A model generated the notes under the pieces. That model worked only from the letters and a program-made list of their open reading frames with translations, had not been told where the DNA came from and ran no database searches. From Carpediemonas membranifera BICM (taxonomy: Eukaryota > Protista > Fornicata), in contig JAHDYR010000038.1 in NCBI GenBank assembly GCA_019828565.1, positions 1,039,578-1,103,577 on the forward strand: a DNA stretch of 64,000 nucleotides, in the 5' to 3' direction. Made by a program: the position numbers and the translations under genes. Below are positions 1 to 12,300 of the stretch, in pieces (the first letter of the stretch is position 1; each line of letters starts with the position of its first letter).

Positions 1-75
1 TGCTGGCTGTGCTGCTGCCACAAACCCTGACAAGCAGCACCTTCTTCCATTGGCCCTGCTACGGACACTTACTTC

Positions 76-780
76 CGGTATCTCTCTCAGACATATCACA
101 CTCAACCTGTTGTGACTGAAGAAATGACAGGTTGTCGACGAGGCTATCCTCGGCATCGCTGTCTGAACTCTCCTCATCCTCCCACTCTCCTTCCAGCATC
201 TCCAACCCGGCCTCATCGTCAAACTCGCCCTCCACTGCGGTCTCCGGCATCTCTGCCTCGCCAGCTGTCTCGTCAAACAGCGCCTCATCGTCAGACTCAC
301 CCTCCCCGTGTCGCCCCCTCGGGCTTACGCTGGTCGTGGAGCTGGACCATCCTAATCCTGAGCTTTTGTAAAGCCACCAGGTCGGCAGAGCTTAAGGTAA
401 TCCTGGCGCCCTCATCCTGGCGCCTCATCCCTGGCGCCGTCATCCCTGGCGTCCTCTCCCTCATAAATCTGAATCATCTTCTTGTCTTGCTCCCGATGTT
501 GTCATTGCTGTTTTCGTGTCCACAAGCATTCCAGTCTCATTATAATGTTTATTCAGTACCAAATCATCCTTTAGTGACGGGCATTCTCATCTGCATTGCC
601 GAGAAAAGAGTTGATGTTGATTAGATGGTGACGAATGCATTACCGGACATTTGACGCGCACAACCTGCTTAATACTGCATAAAAGCATCGCTGATCGCTT
701 TCTCTTCTGTTCTTCAACGCCCAAGGAGCGGCTTCCAGGTCGGCAACGGTTGCCGACCTGGACCCGTGCAGTTTATGCTC
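76..780 (-). repeat. Partial inverted copy of the ~1.1-kb subfamily A internal repeat unit
   Basis: Reverse complement of parts of 4870-6250. Contains the perfect hairpin TCCAGGTCGGCAAC-G-GTTGCCGACCTGGA (734-762). Confidence 0.9.
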
Positions 781-962
781 GCAACCAAAGTTGGTCACAG
801 TTTCAATGATACGTGTTAACAATGCAACATAGACGGGTAAACACTGGTGTGAACTAATATATCCTCGCTAATTCACGTGACGTGAGTGATGTTGCACTTG
901 TGACTATGAACAGACTCCTAGTTAATAGTACCGATCAAATTACCGAATACTTCATGTCATAT

Positions 963-2945
963 TTAGTTCTTACGTCTCCTAATCTTCACCTGGGTCGGCT
1001 TTGAGACCTTCCGCAAAGTTGCATGTCGACCCATCAACTGTATCACGTAGTTGATGTCGAGCCTGGCGCACTCCGCCCTAAAACTCTCCAGCGCTCTACT
1101 CTGATCGCCATCGAAGGGACGCCGCACTGTCAATGCATTGCCCTTCTCGTTACGGTAAATGTGCGTGATCATCTTCTCATCAATGTTGACAAGCATGGTC
1201 GGCTTCCCTGTCATCGAAGTCCACACTCTGATTGCTTCAACGCATGCCCATCTCGTCACTGTCCCGTCACTATTGACGTGCTCAGGAAACAGCTCATCCA
1301 GAAGCTCTATCTCTGTCATCTTTGAGAATACGGCCATGGTCCTTGCGTGGGCGAGGAGCGTCTGGCGGTAAGCTGTCGCCTCATCCTCAGCCTTGAGCTT
1401 CTGCGACAAGGGCAATTTGCGTCTGAACGCAGTAAATGTTCTCAGACCCGACATCATCATCAGGCAGTGAATGATGCAGTTCCCATAACCCAGGGTCGGA
1501 TACGTAGGCCAACCTGAACTCGGAAGCCTTGTCGTGATGATCATGTCGAATGCCACAGTTCGGTTGTAGCGGGTTGGGTCAGACCTGGCGTTGACCACTC
1601 TTCCGCTCTCCTCGGTTTCACCCTCCTCCTCTGCCCCACCCTCCTCGTCTGACTCGGCCTTCTCTTCCTCCTGCTCCTCCTCTGACTTACTCTTGGCCGG
1701 AGAGTGCTGTGCGATGATATCCTTCATCTCAGGCGTAAAGTTGAGGTCTATGGGGTCTGCCAGGTCATTCGGAGCGGTTGCTTGTGCAGACGCTGAGCAA
1801 ACATCCTCGTCGTCGCCGGAGTTGCCGCCCTCGAGGTCGCCAAAGTGCAGCTCCTCCATCAACTCATCCGCCACTGGCTCCTCTTCCTCCTCTGACTCGA
1901 CCTCCTCCACTGGCTCCTCTTCCTCCTCTGACTCGACCTCCTCCACTGGCTCCTCTTCCTCCTCTGACTCCTCCTCCGAGTCCTCTGGCCTGGCCTTCTC
2001 GGGCGTGATGATGAGGGCCTTGCGCTTCACAGACATGGCTGCCTGCGCCTCGTCCGTATCGCGTCGGGGACAGGAAGTCCTGGAGACTGTGCCAGACTGT
2101 GGCGGGATGGGGCTGCATGGGAGTGATGCATCCATGGACTTGTCAGCGTCATAGGCTGCCTCTCGCTCAGCCTGCTGCTGCAGAAGGCGTCGATGCAGCG
2201 TGATGACTTCCTCACTCTTTGCCGTCAAGCTCTTCCTCAACTGCTTGACTCTCTTCTTGTATCCTCGAACAATTTTGTGATAGTAATCGATGATAGCGCC
2301 AGTACCTGGGGGAGCAGGGGCGTACCTTCTCCCGCGGGGGTCTCCAACCATTCCAGGGCGATGATGTACTCTTCGAAGTACGAGCGGCAGGAGTGCTTCA
2401 TGTAAGCAAGGTCTGCCTCCTTGCTGCGCACCCTGGCAACCATTGCTGTGACATGGTCGCGCACAAGCGCGTTGGTGGATGTCGCGTTGCGCCACGCCCG
2501 AACCTTGACACTCAGCGCCTCTTTTCGATACGCGCGCCCTCATTCTCCTTGGCATACTCAGCCCTCTTGGAGTTCTTGAAGGCTGTGACAGCGGCCGACT
2601 CAAACGCCTTCATCTCCTTCTCCGTGAAGGTTGCCTCGATGTTCTCGTTCGAGGTCTTATCCTGCACCTGCTGAGACAGCAATGCCTCGAGTTCTGCCTT
2701 CTTCTCGCCCTGAATCTCGAAATATGAGCACAGGTGGTTAAAGTTGATCCCTATATAAACATTTGCACCAATTACGTACCGTTCTTGACGACTATATCGA
2801 AGATATCGTTCTCGTCGAGCAATTTGTCCCGAAGAACGGCACTCTTCGCCTTGTTTGTCTTCTTCTCCTTGAATTCGGTGATAACGGCCTCAATCACATC
2901 ATCTGAGGTGCTCTCGATCCACTCGTGAAGGAATTCGAACGTCAT
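963..2945 (-). CDS. OTU-like (papain-fold) cysteine protease with long acidic linker; 29-nt intron; homopolymer frameshifts in this copy
   Basis: C-terminal motifs TLGYGNCIIHCL...RWACVEAI...MGRHATL resemble OTU Cys/Trp/His motifs. Exon 1 (MTFEFLHEWIES...) joins in frame via intron 2751-2779. The intact version is at 16333-18281. Confidence 0.65.
2751..2779 (-). other. 29-nt spliceosomal intron (GTACGT...ATATAG)
   Basis: Removal joins ...KN-G to G-INFNHLCSYFEIQGEKK in frame and removes an in-frame TAA. Same intron at 18087-18115 and 21938-21966. Confidence 0.7.
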
Positions 2946-3154
2946 TCTTCTCTTCGTTATATCCCAATAATGGACATATAACAGAGATGAGAAAATTGCC
3001 AGTAACCGTAGGCAACGGGGTGTCGGAAACGTTATACCATACAAACGGGGGATATAATCGCTCCGAAAACATCCATTATGTGGACTGAATGGCGATATAA
3101 CGTATGGGGAGTGATCCGACGAGCTTTCGGGCGGTGCAGGCTAAGACACACCAA

Positions 3155-3604
3155 GTCTGTGGTGCTATAACGTACCTCGGGACGCACTGTGGAGGCCCCT
3201 AGAGTACTCGGTCATGGCATGTCAGACCAAGGGTCCCTCAAATCTGGCCCCATTCAGGATGCTCCCCTAAATGTTCCGTTGCAAGCGTCTGACGGAGGTT
3301 CTCTGGATACCGACCAAGATGGAGGTCACGTGAATCAACGGACGATAATTGCGGTATTCTGGCCATGCCTGGTACTTTCAAATCAGCTGTACTGATCTAT
3401 GCTCCATTTATAGTTCATATCGTATGGTCCTGGTGGACTTATAGTTGTTGATGTTGTTTAGGGATAATTGTTGCTTTAATGATGCTCTGCGCCCGCATAC
3501 TGATGTTTCTTAGTGTTGTACACATGCCTACTACGTTAAAGCCGCCAGTATTCTTTCTATTCTTAAGTTCGCCATTTCAATCTCGTTGCGAGCATAAAGT
3601 GCAC
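3155..3604 (+). promoter_or_regulatory. Conserved non-coding element upstream of OTU genes, ending in GTTGCGAGCATAAAGTGCAC
   Basis: Near-identical copies at ~18490-18940 and ~22340-22790, an inverted copy at ~56695-57142, and a diverged inverted copy at ~46528-46930. Confidence 0.55.
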
Positions 3605-4073
3605 ATTGTGAAAGGAAAGTGGGTGGTTATCTAATGGATACAGGGCAGGAAAAGGTACACGAATGCCGTCCTGAGGTTTGGCATGGGATACTGATCTCAT
3701 ACGTCAAAAATGGGCGGTGGTATTCGAATTTCAGAATTTCGGCATGTCCGAATTCCGAGGCAAGCGGGAGGGTGTACAAAACCTGGCCTGGGTACCTATT
3801 AGAGCGAATAGAGAATGGCAGCACCATGGATTCGGTTTTCAGAATAATAATTGCATTTGGATCGCCATTTCAGAATTACTTCCAGCACCGGAGATTATCA
3901 TTAAATCTGGGAGTGTAACAACACTTTTAAAAAAATGAAAGGTCCCCATTCACCCACTCAGGCCCCAGATCACGTATCTGAGCTCAGTTTGGGTCAATTC
4001 CCAATACTTTAGAGTTTTGTATGGTCGAAATTCTGGAATAGCAATCCAAACTGAAGCAGCAAAAACTCATCCC

Positions 4074-5435
4074 ATGGAGGCTGTAGCGGCAATAGACGAA
4101 GATATCATGAAGCGTTGGTTGAAGAATGTTCCAACCAAATCGCGTACGAACTACAACAAGCTTCTGAAAGACGTTTTGGCCAGAATTTGTCAGGAAACCG
4201 CCACAGATATCCAGAAGGGCATCGCGATTGTTCGTAGTGACGAGCTGGTAACCCATTTGCGCCGGTACCTCGCTGAGAAGCCTCTGGGGACGCAGAAGAA
4301 GATCGTTTCGGCTGTTCAGTCTTTCCGGAACTTCGACTTGCCACACCCCGCGAAGCCGTTGTCCTGGAAAGAGGAGGAAGAGGTGTCGCCTGCATCAGTT
4401 GAGAGTCTCCCCAGCCCGTATGGCGCCATTGCCATTCTGCTCAACCAGACGGGCTGGGAGTATTCGTATCTCCAAGGTAATCTCCCCGATGCGATAGACC
4501 TTACCTCGTGCCCGAGCTGGATGGGCTTTGGCACGCTCAAATCGGGATTCCCGCAGGCCAGTGCTGTATCGGAGGCGCTCAAGGTTCAGGGGTTGACGGT
4601 TCGCATGCTTCGCTTTGCGCAGCGGATCGACGTGTCCACCGATAGGATGCAGTCTATCGGCACGCTAGAGCGCCGCGGCAGACCGCGGGAGAAGCCTCAG
4701 AAGGTCATTAAGGACAAGCGCATCAGCCTGACCGATGAGCAGTTCAGGCACCAGTTGGCGTCCAGTCACTTAACGACCACGCGGCGCCCAACGATCCTCG
4801 ATCTCAACCCGGAGATCCGAAGCTCTGCTGACCTGGTGCCGCCGACGCTCGATGACTGGCTTTACAACAAGCTCAGGATTAGGATGGTCCAGCTCCACGA
4901 CCAGCGTAAGCCCGAGGGGGGCGACACGGGGGAGGGTGAGTCTGACGATGAGGCGCTGTTTGACGAGACAGCTGGCGAGGCAGAGATGCCGGAGACCGCA
5001 GTGGAGGGCGAGTTTGACGATGAGGCCGGGTTGGAGATGCTGGAAGGAGAGTGGGAGGATGAGGAGAGTTCAGACAGCGATGCCGAGGATAGCCTCGTCG
5101 ACAACCTGTCATTTCTTCAGTCACAACAGGTTGAGTGTGATATGTCTGAGAGAGATACCGATGAGGGTGTCCGTAGCGGGGCCAATGGAAGTGGGCTCGC
5201 TCCGCTCTATGACGCTATGAAGACCAGGGTGCCCAGCAGACGCATTCGCCTTCGCCGCTATCACGAGAGCGAGTCAGACTTGGGCAGCAGCAGCGACAGC
5301 GAGGACGGGATGCCGAAGCTGCCCGTTGAGGCCTTTGAGCACATCCGTGATGCCGGGATGACAACTGTGAGGCTGACGAGGGCCGAGTATGACGACGTGA
5401 TGGAGAAGAGAGAGCAGGAAAAGCACCAGAAGTAA
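4074..5435 (+). CDS. Tyrosine-recombinase-like protein (apparently non-catalytic) with acidic C-terminal tail
   Basis: SAM-like pattern WLKNVPTKSRTNYNKLL...LRRYLAEK...VSAVQSF. AILLNQTGWEYSYL aligns to the YR box LL..TG.R.SEL with Arg absent. GLTVRMLRF resembles T.H.LRH. Confidence 0.45.
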   Translation: MEAVAAIDEDIMKRWLKNVPTKSRTNYNKLLKDVLARICQETATDIQKGIAIVRSDELVTHLRRYLAEKPLGTQKKIVSAVQSFRNFDLPHPAKPLSWKEEEEVSPASVESLPSPYGAIAILLNQTGWEYSYLQGNLPDAIDLTSCPSWMGFGTLKSGFPQASAVSEALKVQGLTVRMLRFAQRIDVSTDRMQSIGTLERRGRPREKPQKVIKDKRISLTDEQFRHQLASSHLTTTRRPTILDLNPEIRSSADLVPPTLDDWLYNKLRIRMVQLHDQRKPEGGDTGEGESDDEALFDETAGEAEMPETAVEGEFDDEAGLEMLEGEWEDEESSDSDAEDSLVDNLSFLQSQQVECDMSERDTDEGVRSGANGSGLAPLYDAMKTRVPSRRIRLRRYHESESDLGSSSDSEDGMPKLPVEAFEHIRDAGMTTVRLTRAEYDDVMEKREQEKHQK

Positions 5436-6858
5436 ATGGCGAGTGATTATCAACTGGATGCAGAGGCTGAGCGGCGTAACTAGCCTGCCAGGGTCCTTGT
5501 ACACAGTATGTGTCTTGGCCAAGCTTGAATTCGTCGGTTGGCCGAAAAAGCATAAACTGCACGGGTCCAGGTCGGCAACCGTTGCCGACCTGGAAGCCGC
5601 TCCTTGGGCGTTGAAGAACAGAAGAGAAAGCGATCAGCGATGCTTTTATGCAGTATTAAGCAGGTTGTGCGCGTCAAATGTCCGGTAATGCATTCGTCAC
5701 CATCTAATCAACATCAACTCTTTTTCTCGGCAATGCAGAGGAGAATGCCCGTCACTAAAGGATGATTTGGTACTGAATAAACATTATAATGAGACTGGAA
5801 TGCTTGTGGACACGAAAACAGCAATGACAACATCGGGAGCAAGACAAGAAGATGATTCAGATTTATGAGGGAGAGGACGCCAGGGATGACGGCGCCAGGG
5901 ATGAGGCGCCAGGATGAGGGCGCCAGGATTACCTTAAGCTCTGCCGACCTGGTGGCTTTACAAAAAGCTCAGGATGAGGATGGTCCAGCTCCACGACCAG
6001 CGTAATCCCGATGGGGGTCGACACGGGGGAGGGTGAGTCTGACGATGAGGCGCTGTTTGACGAGACAGCTGGCGAGGCAGAGATGCCGGAGACCGCAGTG
6101 GAGGGCGAGTTTGACGATGAGGCCGGGTTGGAGATGCTGGAAGGAGAGTGGGAGGATGAGGAGAGTTCAGACAGCGATGCCGAGGATAGCCTCGTCGACA
6201 ACCTGTCATTTCTTCAGTCACAACAGGTTGAGTGTGATATGTCTGAGAGAGATACCGATGAGGGTGTCCGTAGCGGGGCCAATGGAAGTGGGCTCGCTCC
6301 GCTCTATGACGCTATGAAGACCAGGGAGCCCAGCAGACGCATTCGCCTTCGCCGCTATCACGAGAGCGAGTCAGACTTGGGCAGCAGCAGCGACAGCGAG
6401 GACGGGATGCCGAAGCTGCCCGTTGAGGCCTTTGAGCACATCCGTGATGCCGGGATGACAACTGTGAGGCTGACGAGGGCCGAGTATGACGACGTGATGG
6501 AGAAGAGAGAGCAGGAAAAGCACCAGAAGTAAATGGCGAGTGATTATCAACTGGATGCAGAGGCTGAGCGGCGTAACTAGCCTGCCAGGGTCCTTGTACA
6601 CAGTATGTGTCTTGGCCAAGCTTGAATTCGTCGGTTGGCCGAAAAAGCATAAACTGCACGGGTCCAGGTCGGCAACCGTTGCCGACCTGGAAGCCGCTCC
6701 TTGGGCGTTGAAGAACAGAAGAGAAAGCGATCAGCGATGCTTTTATGCAGTATTAAGCAGGTTGTGCGCGTCAAATGTCCGGTAATGCATTCGTCACCAT
6801 CTAATCAACATCAACTCTTTTTCTCGGCAATGCAGAGGAGAATGCCCGTCACTAAAGG
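4820..6858 (+). repeat. Tandem duplication of ~1.1-kb unit (3' acidic part of YR-like gene plus downstream hairpin tail)
   Basis: Period 1097 bp (stops at 5435 and 6532). The junction carries 4 short GCGCCAGG(G)AT repeats. Confidence 0.9.
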
Positions 6859-7157
6859 ATGATTTGGAACTAACAGGCTTTAATAAGCATGTCAAGCCTG
6901 TGATCACGATAACAGCCTTCAATAACTACATCAAGGCAATACATCAAGAAGATTGTTTAAAGAGACGGCGGGGAGCAAGATGCAGGGAGAGCGGCAGGGA
7001 AACGAAGGCATGGGGACAGGAGCCCGAGAAGAGCGCCTGGAGAACGGTGAGGAAGAACGGCGGGGAAGAGCAGCCGGGCGCATGGGTACACACATCTGTC
7101 ATCATGTGGCATCAACATTGCCACAGTGGTCAACTCAATAACAAGCAATGTCTTCAT

Positions 7158-8440
7158 TTACTCACTGTTCTGGATCACCAATTCGTACGACGAGTAACAG
7201 TCGGGACAGAGCCGAATCTTGGGAATCGACTTGCCACAGATGACAATCTTCAGCAGCTCCATCTGTACGCAGTTGGCAGAGTTACAGAACCAGTGCCCGC
7301 ACTGCCTACAGTGCACGGCTGAGTCGTTGCGTCGGCATGCGTAACACTTCTTCTCATTGAGGCAATAGCTACACGTGTATTTCCAGCGACCCTTAGTGGA
7401 CTCGGCCCAGTTCTTGTTCTTTCCAGTCTTAGGCCGGGGAGGGACACAGCGTGAGTTGTCGTGGAAGTTCACTTTGCATTCCTGGCAAGTCACAAACTTT
7501 GACGTCACGCGATTGTCGATCCAGTCCAGACTGTGGCAATGGCCGCAACAGAAACAAAGCAGCCTATTCTGAATGTCGAGAATCGAGAAAGAATCATCAC
7601 CGACCTCAGACACATCGTCATCGTTGTCCCCTTGGCTGGCCAGACGTGCCTCCACGGTGGCGAGCCTCTGATCGACACTCATCGCGACACGGTGAACATC
7701 GTGCAGCACAATCGACTCGCGAGGCGCTTGAGGGGAAGCTGGAGAGGGAACCGAAGTGGGACCGGACGATGAGTGCAGGAAAGGCTCACTTTTCACGCAA
7801 AGCTCTTGCTTCACGTGTGTAAGGGCGGGGGTGGCAGGGTTGGGGATTTCAACTGTTCTGCACTTGCCCACAAATCTCTCCGGGTCATTGATATCGGGCA
7901 CACAGAGATTAAAAGTCTCGGGAGTCGAGATTATCTGGCACAGGAATATTGAGTCTCGACAGGACGGATCTGATCGCGCTGGTTAGCTCCGAACGGACTG
8001 GGCGAGGAGCTCTTGCAGAGAGCATGGACAACCTTGGGTTTCCCGTCAGATATGGCCACAGTCACCCCCATCGTCTCAGCCCAATCTCGGACGTTCTTCG
8101 CAACAACCCTTCCCATCGAGACGCCAGGTTTCAACTTCAGCTCATCGAGGAAGTCCGGTGTTTCGGAGCACGGCTGAAGAAACGACACGATGATGTGGTT
8201 GAACGCATTTCCGAGCTTTTTGATGGACAGGCCAGTTGGGTCTGAGTCAAAGACGTCAAACGCAAACGTGAAGAAGGCCTTAAGCATGCCCATCATGAGA
8301 ATTGACCGGCAAGTACTCAAAGCGGTTGTGTTCCACTTCGTCATCGGTCTCGATCTCTTAGAAACAGCCTTAACTGCATGATCGTCCGCCATGTTCTCAT
8401 TTACGGCCGCGCGCTTCGTTTCTAGCTCCGTTTCTGTCAT
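7158..8440 (-). CDS. PHD-type/Cys-rich zinc-finger protein (frameshifted)
   Basis: CFCCGHC...CQECKVNFH...C...WKYTCSYC followed by a second Cys cluster CYAC...CRQCGHWFC...CPDC. Split over ORFs 7931-8440 and 7158-7901. Confidence 0.65.
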
Positions 8441-8630
8441 TCCAGAGTAGATTTTCTACTAAAAATTGGCATTGTTACAACCAATCATTAACATTAATAG
8501 AGAAGGAGAATAAAGACTCACCAGCCCGCGGCCAATCGTGACTCAGGTTCGCATCAGACGTCGACAGAGACGAGTTAAACATGAGGCTGGGCAATTGTCT
8601 TCTGAGCTAATCCTTAACCTTTCAAAGAGG

Positions 8631-11154
8631 ATGCTAATACCGAAGTGGACGCTATTACACGGCACTATTTATGCTCCTCAAGAGGATACTGGCATCAACA
8701 CCATTCTATGCAGCGTGTACCTTTCCATTGACTCAGATAACGTCAGCACACATCGGTTTCGTGTTTCCAAAGCTCCCCAACGCCGTGAGTTCGTCCAGGT
8801 TGTTCAAGAGTTGCTCAGTGCAGGATATATATGTCGCCAGGATGTTTCAAAGCAGCTGTACCCCTCTCCGACTGCCACATCTATCGCTGCGGAGAAGAGG
8901 AATCACACGACTTACCCAAGAGCCTACGTGAAGCATACATCCGCAGTTGACACTCTCGCAGCCGAGAATGAGTGTCTACGGAAGCGTCTGGCCGACACGG
9001 AGCGCCTGATTCAACTAACGAACCAGCTCAAGTCCATCACAAACGGATACAATGCCGTTAACGACGAGATCCGCATAATGAACTCTCTTGCAGGTAGGCT
9101 TAACCTTGATATTGTGCGGATATCTCCTGTTACCTCGAAGATCAAGTCTCTCGCGTGTAATATCCAGAATATGGAGGAGATAGAATCACTTCTCCAATCT
9201 GACACCGCTTGGAGGAGATTTATCCGCAGTCACGTTCCCGCCAACATTCAGCACAGGGTAACGGCGAGAAGGTCTGATCAGGCCAATCAGGAATATGAGC
9301 TCGACCTCATCACCCATGTCGAAGCTCCTCTTGATGTTGTACGATCATCTATTCAGGGCGACTCGGCCCATGCAGAGCACGTTGCAGGAAAGATCGTCGT
9401 CTTCTATGACTCAGAGCAGGACCGTGAGACTCACTATAGCATCATGAAAGAGCAAGGCCTCACCCCTCGGATGCAGACGAGTGCAAGATATACCCATGTA
9501 TATCATGCATCATTTGATATCATGGAGTATTATCGCCAAGCGGTTGCATTCCCCGTATCGCTGGAGACGTCACGATCCGGGCGCAAGAGTGCAGCTCGGA
9601 CATTAAGACGACAGAGTCATTCCGCTGAGACGGGGACGATCCCACTCGTGTTAGAGGTGTGGGTCGATGCGTGGAGAGGGCTGACAACCGCTGTTAAGAT
9701 TCGTTTCCTCGACGACTCCCACAAAGTCTTTCCGTCTGGTGCGACTCCTCCTTTCCGGATTCTTGAATACAACGGCCCAGAAAGTCTCATCACTGAGCAT
9801 TTTGCCTTCATTGAACAGTCCATCGAGAGCACACACCGCGAGGTGCTGGAAGTCAGGAACACGGGTCTCCTCTGCCGAGTAACGCGTGTCTTTATTATCG
9901 CTGACCATCCAGCCATGTCCAAGGTTTGCGGGGCACTCATTGGAGGCAATTACCCCTCGCCATTCAGTCCCGTTCATTCGAAGAACAAGGGCTGGAGTCC
10001 CTTTGGTCGCACCCCGCGCTGCACCTTGGCAGATATCCTGCTGGCGAAGCATAAGTCACAGTTCGACACTATTATGGACAGAGAGGCCAAATGGGGATCC
10101 TTCTATAACCATCAGAAGAAGTGCATCGCTCCCACTTTGTTTGAGACGTCGACTGCGTCGCTGCCCAGAGACTGCGTCTTCTTATTCCCTCCAATCATGC
10201 ATGTCAGTCATGACTTTGTGTCGTTGATTCATGCCATGTGCCGCATGTTCAAGCCAGAGCCAATTGACCCAGAGAGCGACCCTCGTCAAATTAAGGAGGT
10301 GAAGGCAAGGAACGCGATGCTAGCGAATCTGGCGTCGTTTGAGCCACCCAGCCGTACGACGGGCTGCAACGAGCAAGTCAAGGGGAGAAAGATGATAGCA
10401 TCGATTGGACTTAAGCTGCATCGTGCGTTCCCGCCACCCGTGCAGTCATTATTCATACTCGCTGCATACCTCCAGGAGCACTACTATTCCCACGAGGATG
10501 TAACTGAGAACATGGTCGTGTGGCATCGCTTGACAGCACTTCTCGTGCACCTCTTCTCTGTGACCATGTGTCTTAGCACATCTAACACGGTTGCCCCAGA
10601 CATTCCGATCCGTCAACCATCTGCGACTCCCGATACGGCGCCGTGTGTTGATACACTTCACGGATTGGCGCGTATTGCCGCGCTGCCGGAGATACAAGCG
10701 AAGACTCGGGCCTCCTTTGGTCGAGTCATCGAAGAGTGCTTTGAACGTGATTTCATTGGGAATCAGGAGAGTCGAGTGCGATTGCGTCAGAACCAGACGG
10801 TTCTTGAGAGCACTATTCTGAAGGAGCAGGTTGAGTTGCTGTTCAGATGCCTTCGTGGAGTGATTTCCTACGGAAGACGCGAAACAGATGTCCCACCCCA
10901 GTCACCCCCTGAAACTTATGCGCATTCATAAGTGTTGTAAGGATGCCAATTGGTGGCTTCGTATCCGGAGTGTGCATTCTAAGACGCTGACAGCGACTGA
11001 GTGCCAAAAGCTGCACATGGTGTTTACGAAGGAAGTCAACGGCCTATGGCGCACTGTCTTGTCGAAAGCAGACTGTAGCTTTGACTCAGACTGGCTGGAT
11101 GTTCCCATTCACGAGCAGGGACACACTCTTGATGTTTGCATATGCAAGAGATAG
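8631..11154 (+). CDS. DDE transposase, CMC/Transib (RAG1-fold)-like, subfamily A; one homopolymer frameshift near 10908
   Basis: Motifs EVWVDAW (D1), FIIADHPAM..GGNYP (D2), PPIMH, GCNEQ..GRK, RVIEECFER (E). Matches the intact copy at 27819-30341 except for an extra C. Confidence 0.7.
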
Positions 11155-11932
11155 TAAAGATCGGATTTAGTCTCGCGGTCAATCTCACGTGGCCCAGAGC
11201 AGCGTGCTCCTGGAATCAACAGGGCATAAAACACCCTGCGTATTCCGGTAGCACACCGTTCTGACTCACGTCCGTCTCTGGTTGTCGTACAGGTCTATTT
11301 ACGTGTTTGGCGATGGCGCTCCTGACATAAGCTTAATGGCGTGTCGTGGCTGTCAGTATGCTGCAAATGTCTCAGCGAGAAAGGAGTCACCAATCGCGTT
11401 CAGCTTACTTGTTTCTCGCCTGATACTGCTCGTAATATCGTTCAAGCGTGAATCTATGAAGTAATGGGACTGAATGGCCTCTATTGCGTCAATTTCCTGC
11501 GTAATCGTTGTGGAATGGCCTAGAATAGATGTTGCAGCTGCTTCCAGCTCCTGTTGCATGCTAAATGCTGTGTTTTGGACAATTGGTCGTGTTCAGGCAG
11601 AATTTTTTCGTGCAAAGTGCAGGCTAATACCCGTCCTTAAACTGTGGGATCAGCCGCTGGGTAAATATACTGAGGAAAACCCATATAGCTGAGTTCACTG
11701 TCTTGTGCTGAATACGGTGGCGCCATTTATTTCTCTGAATCGTCAAGTTTTGTCAGCGTTGACCGCGCAAGACCGGTCGTCCTTACGCGATGTCACCAAC
11801 ACCATCATATTCTTCCCCCTGACATTCTACGTGTCCCCCAGTCTGGATTCGTGGTCTGCAATATTCACAGAGATATTCGCCTTCTCTTTCGCGAATTTGA
11901 CTCTGATCAAGTCGAAAAACGAAAAAACGACC

Positions 11933-12050
11933 ATATCTCGAAATCTACACGTTGGAATCGGTACCAGAGTGATTTTGCGCATATGTACATCCCGTCAGCA
12001 GTCTGCAAAATCACTCTCGTACCGATTCCAACGTGTCAATTTTGAGATAT
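11933..12050. repeat. Long subterminal inverted repeat/stem-loop
   Basis: ACACGTTGGAATCGGTAC-C-AGAGTGATTTTGC ... GCAAAATCACTCT-C-GTACCGATTCCAACGTGT. Also at 31122-31239; diverged equivalent at 60998-61101. Confidence 0.85.
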
Positions 12051-12225
12051 TGCTCGTTTCATCCTTTTGCCTTAACCTGCGTCGCAAAGAAGTCGAAATC
12101 AGTGGTTAGACCGCACTGGACCTCTTGCAGGCTCTCTGCATACGCGCTTTAGTATGCAATGAAGGTATTCATTTTCCCGTAAATTGTTTAAATTCAATGA
12201 ATACTTCATTTTCGGTCCGGAAGAA

Positions 12226-12300
12226 ATAGATAATCTAGGGTTTTTAGGCCCTAGATTATCTAGAAAAAATCGTAGATTATCTGCCGACTTTCACAGTATG
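12226..12300 (-). repeat. Right terminal repeat of subfamily A copy 1
   Basis: Terminal CATACTGT plus three TAGAT(T/A)ATCT motifs, as in the element B TIRs. Exact TIR length unknown because the left end is absent. Confidence 0.8.

Larger units (their letters stand above)
1..12300 (+). mobile_element. Large TIR DNA transposon, subfamily A, copy 1 (left end outside window)
   Basis: Ends in ...TTTCACAGTATG at 12300 (reverse complement CATACTGTGAAAG, same terminal 8-mer as elements B and C). The sequence is near-identical to copy 2 up to exactly this point and then diverges. Contains the transposase plus OTU-like, integrase-like and PHD genes. Confidence 0.8.

Noticed and set aside
5502-5510. 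CACAGTATG inside the 1.1-kb unit as a cryptic transposon end
   Set aside because: There are no TAGATTATCT motifs and no sequence discontinuity at this point in any copy.
5443-5688. Short recurrent ORFs (MIINWMQ..., MSTRLSS..., minisatellite ORFs)
   Set aside because: These are shadow or antisense frames of repeats; they recur because the DNA is duplicated, not because they are coding.
11353-11559. Small ORF near the right end (also 30542, 60411; compare 52175-52399)
   Set aside because: It is short, has no motif, and the copies are too similar to show coding constraint.
12292-12300. RAG recombination signal or ProtoRAG element
   Set aside because: CACAGTATG only superficially resembles the heptamer and points the wrong way; there is no nonamer, no RAG2-like gene and no 5-bp TSD.
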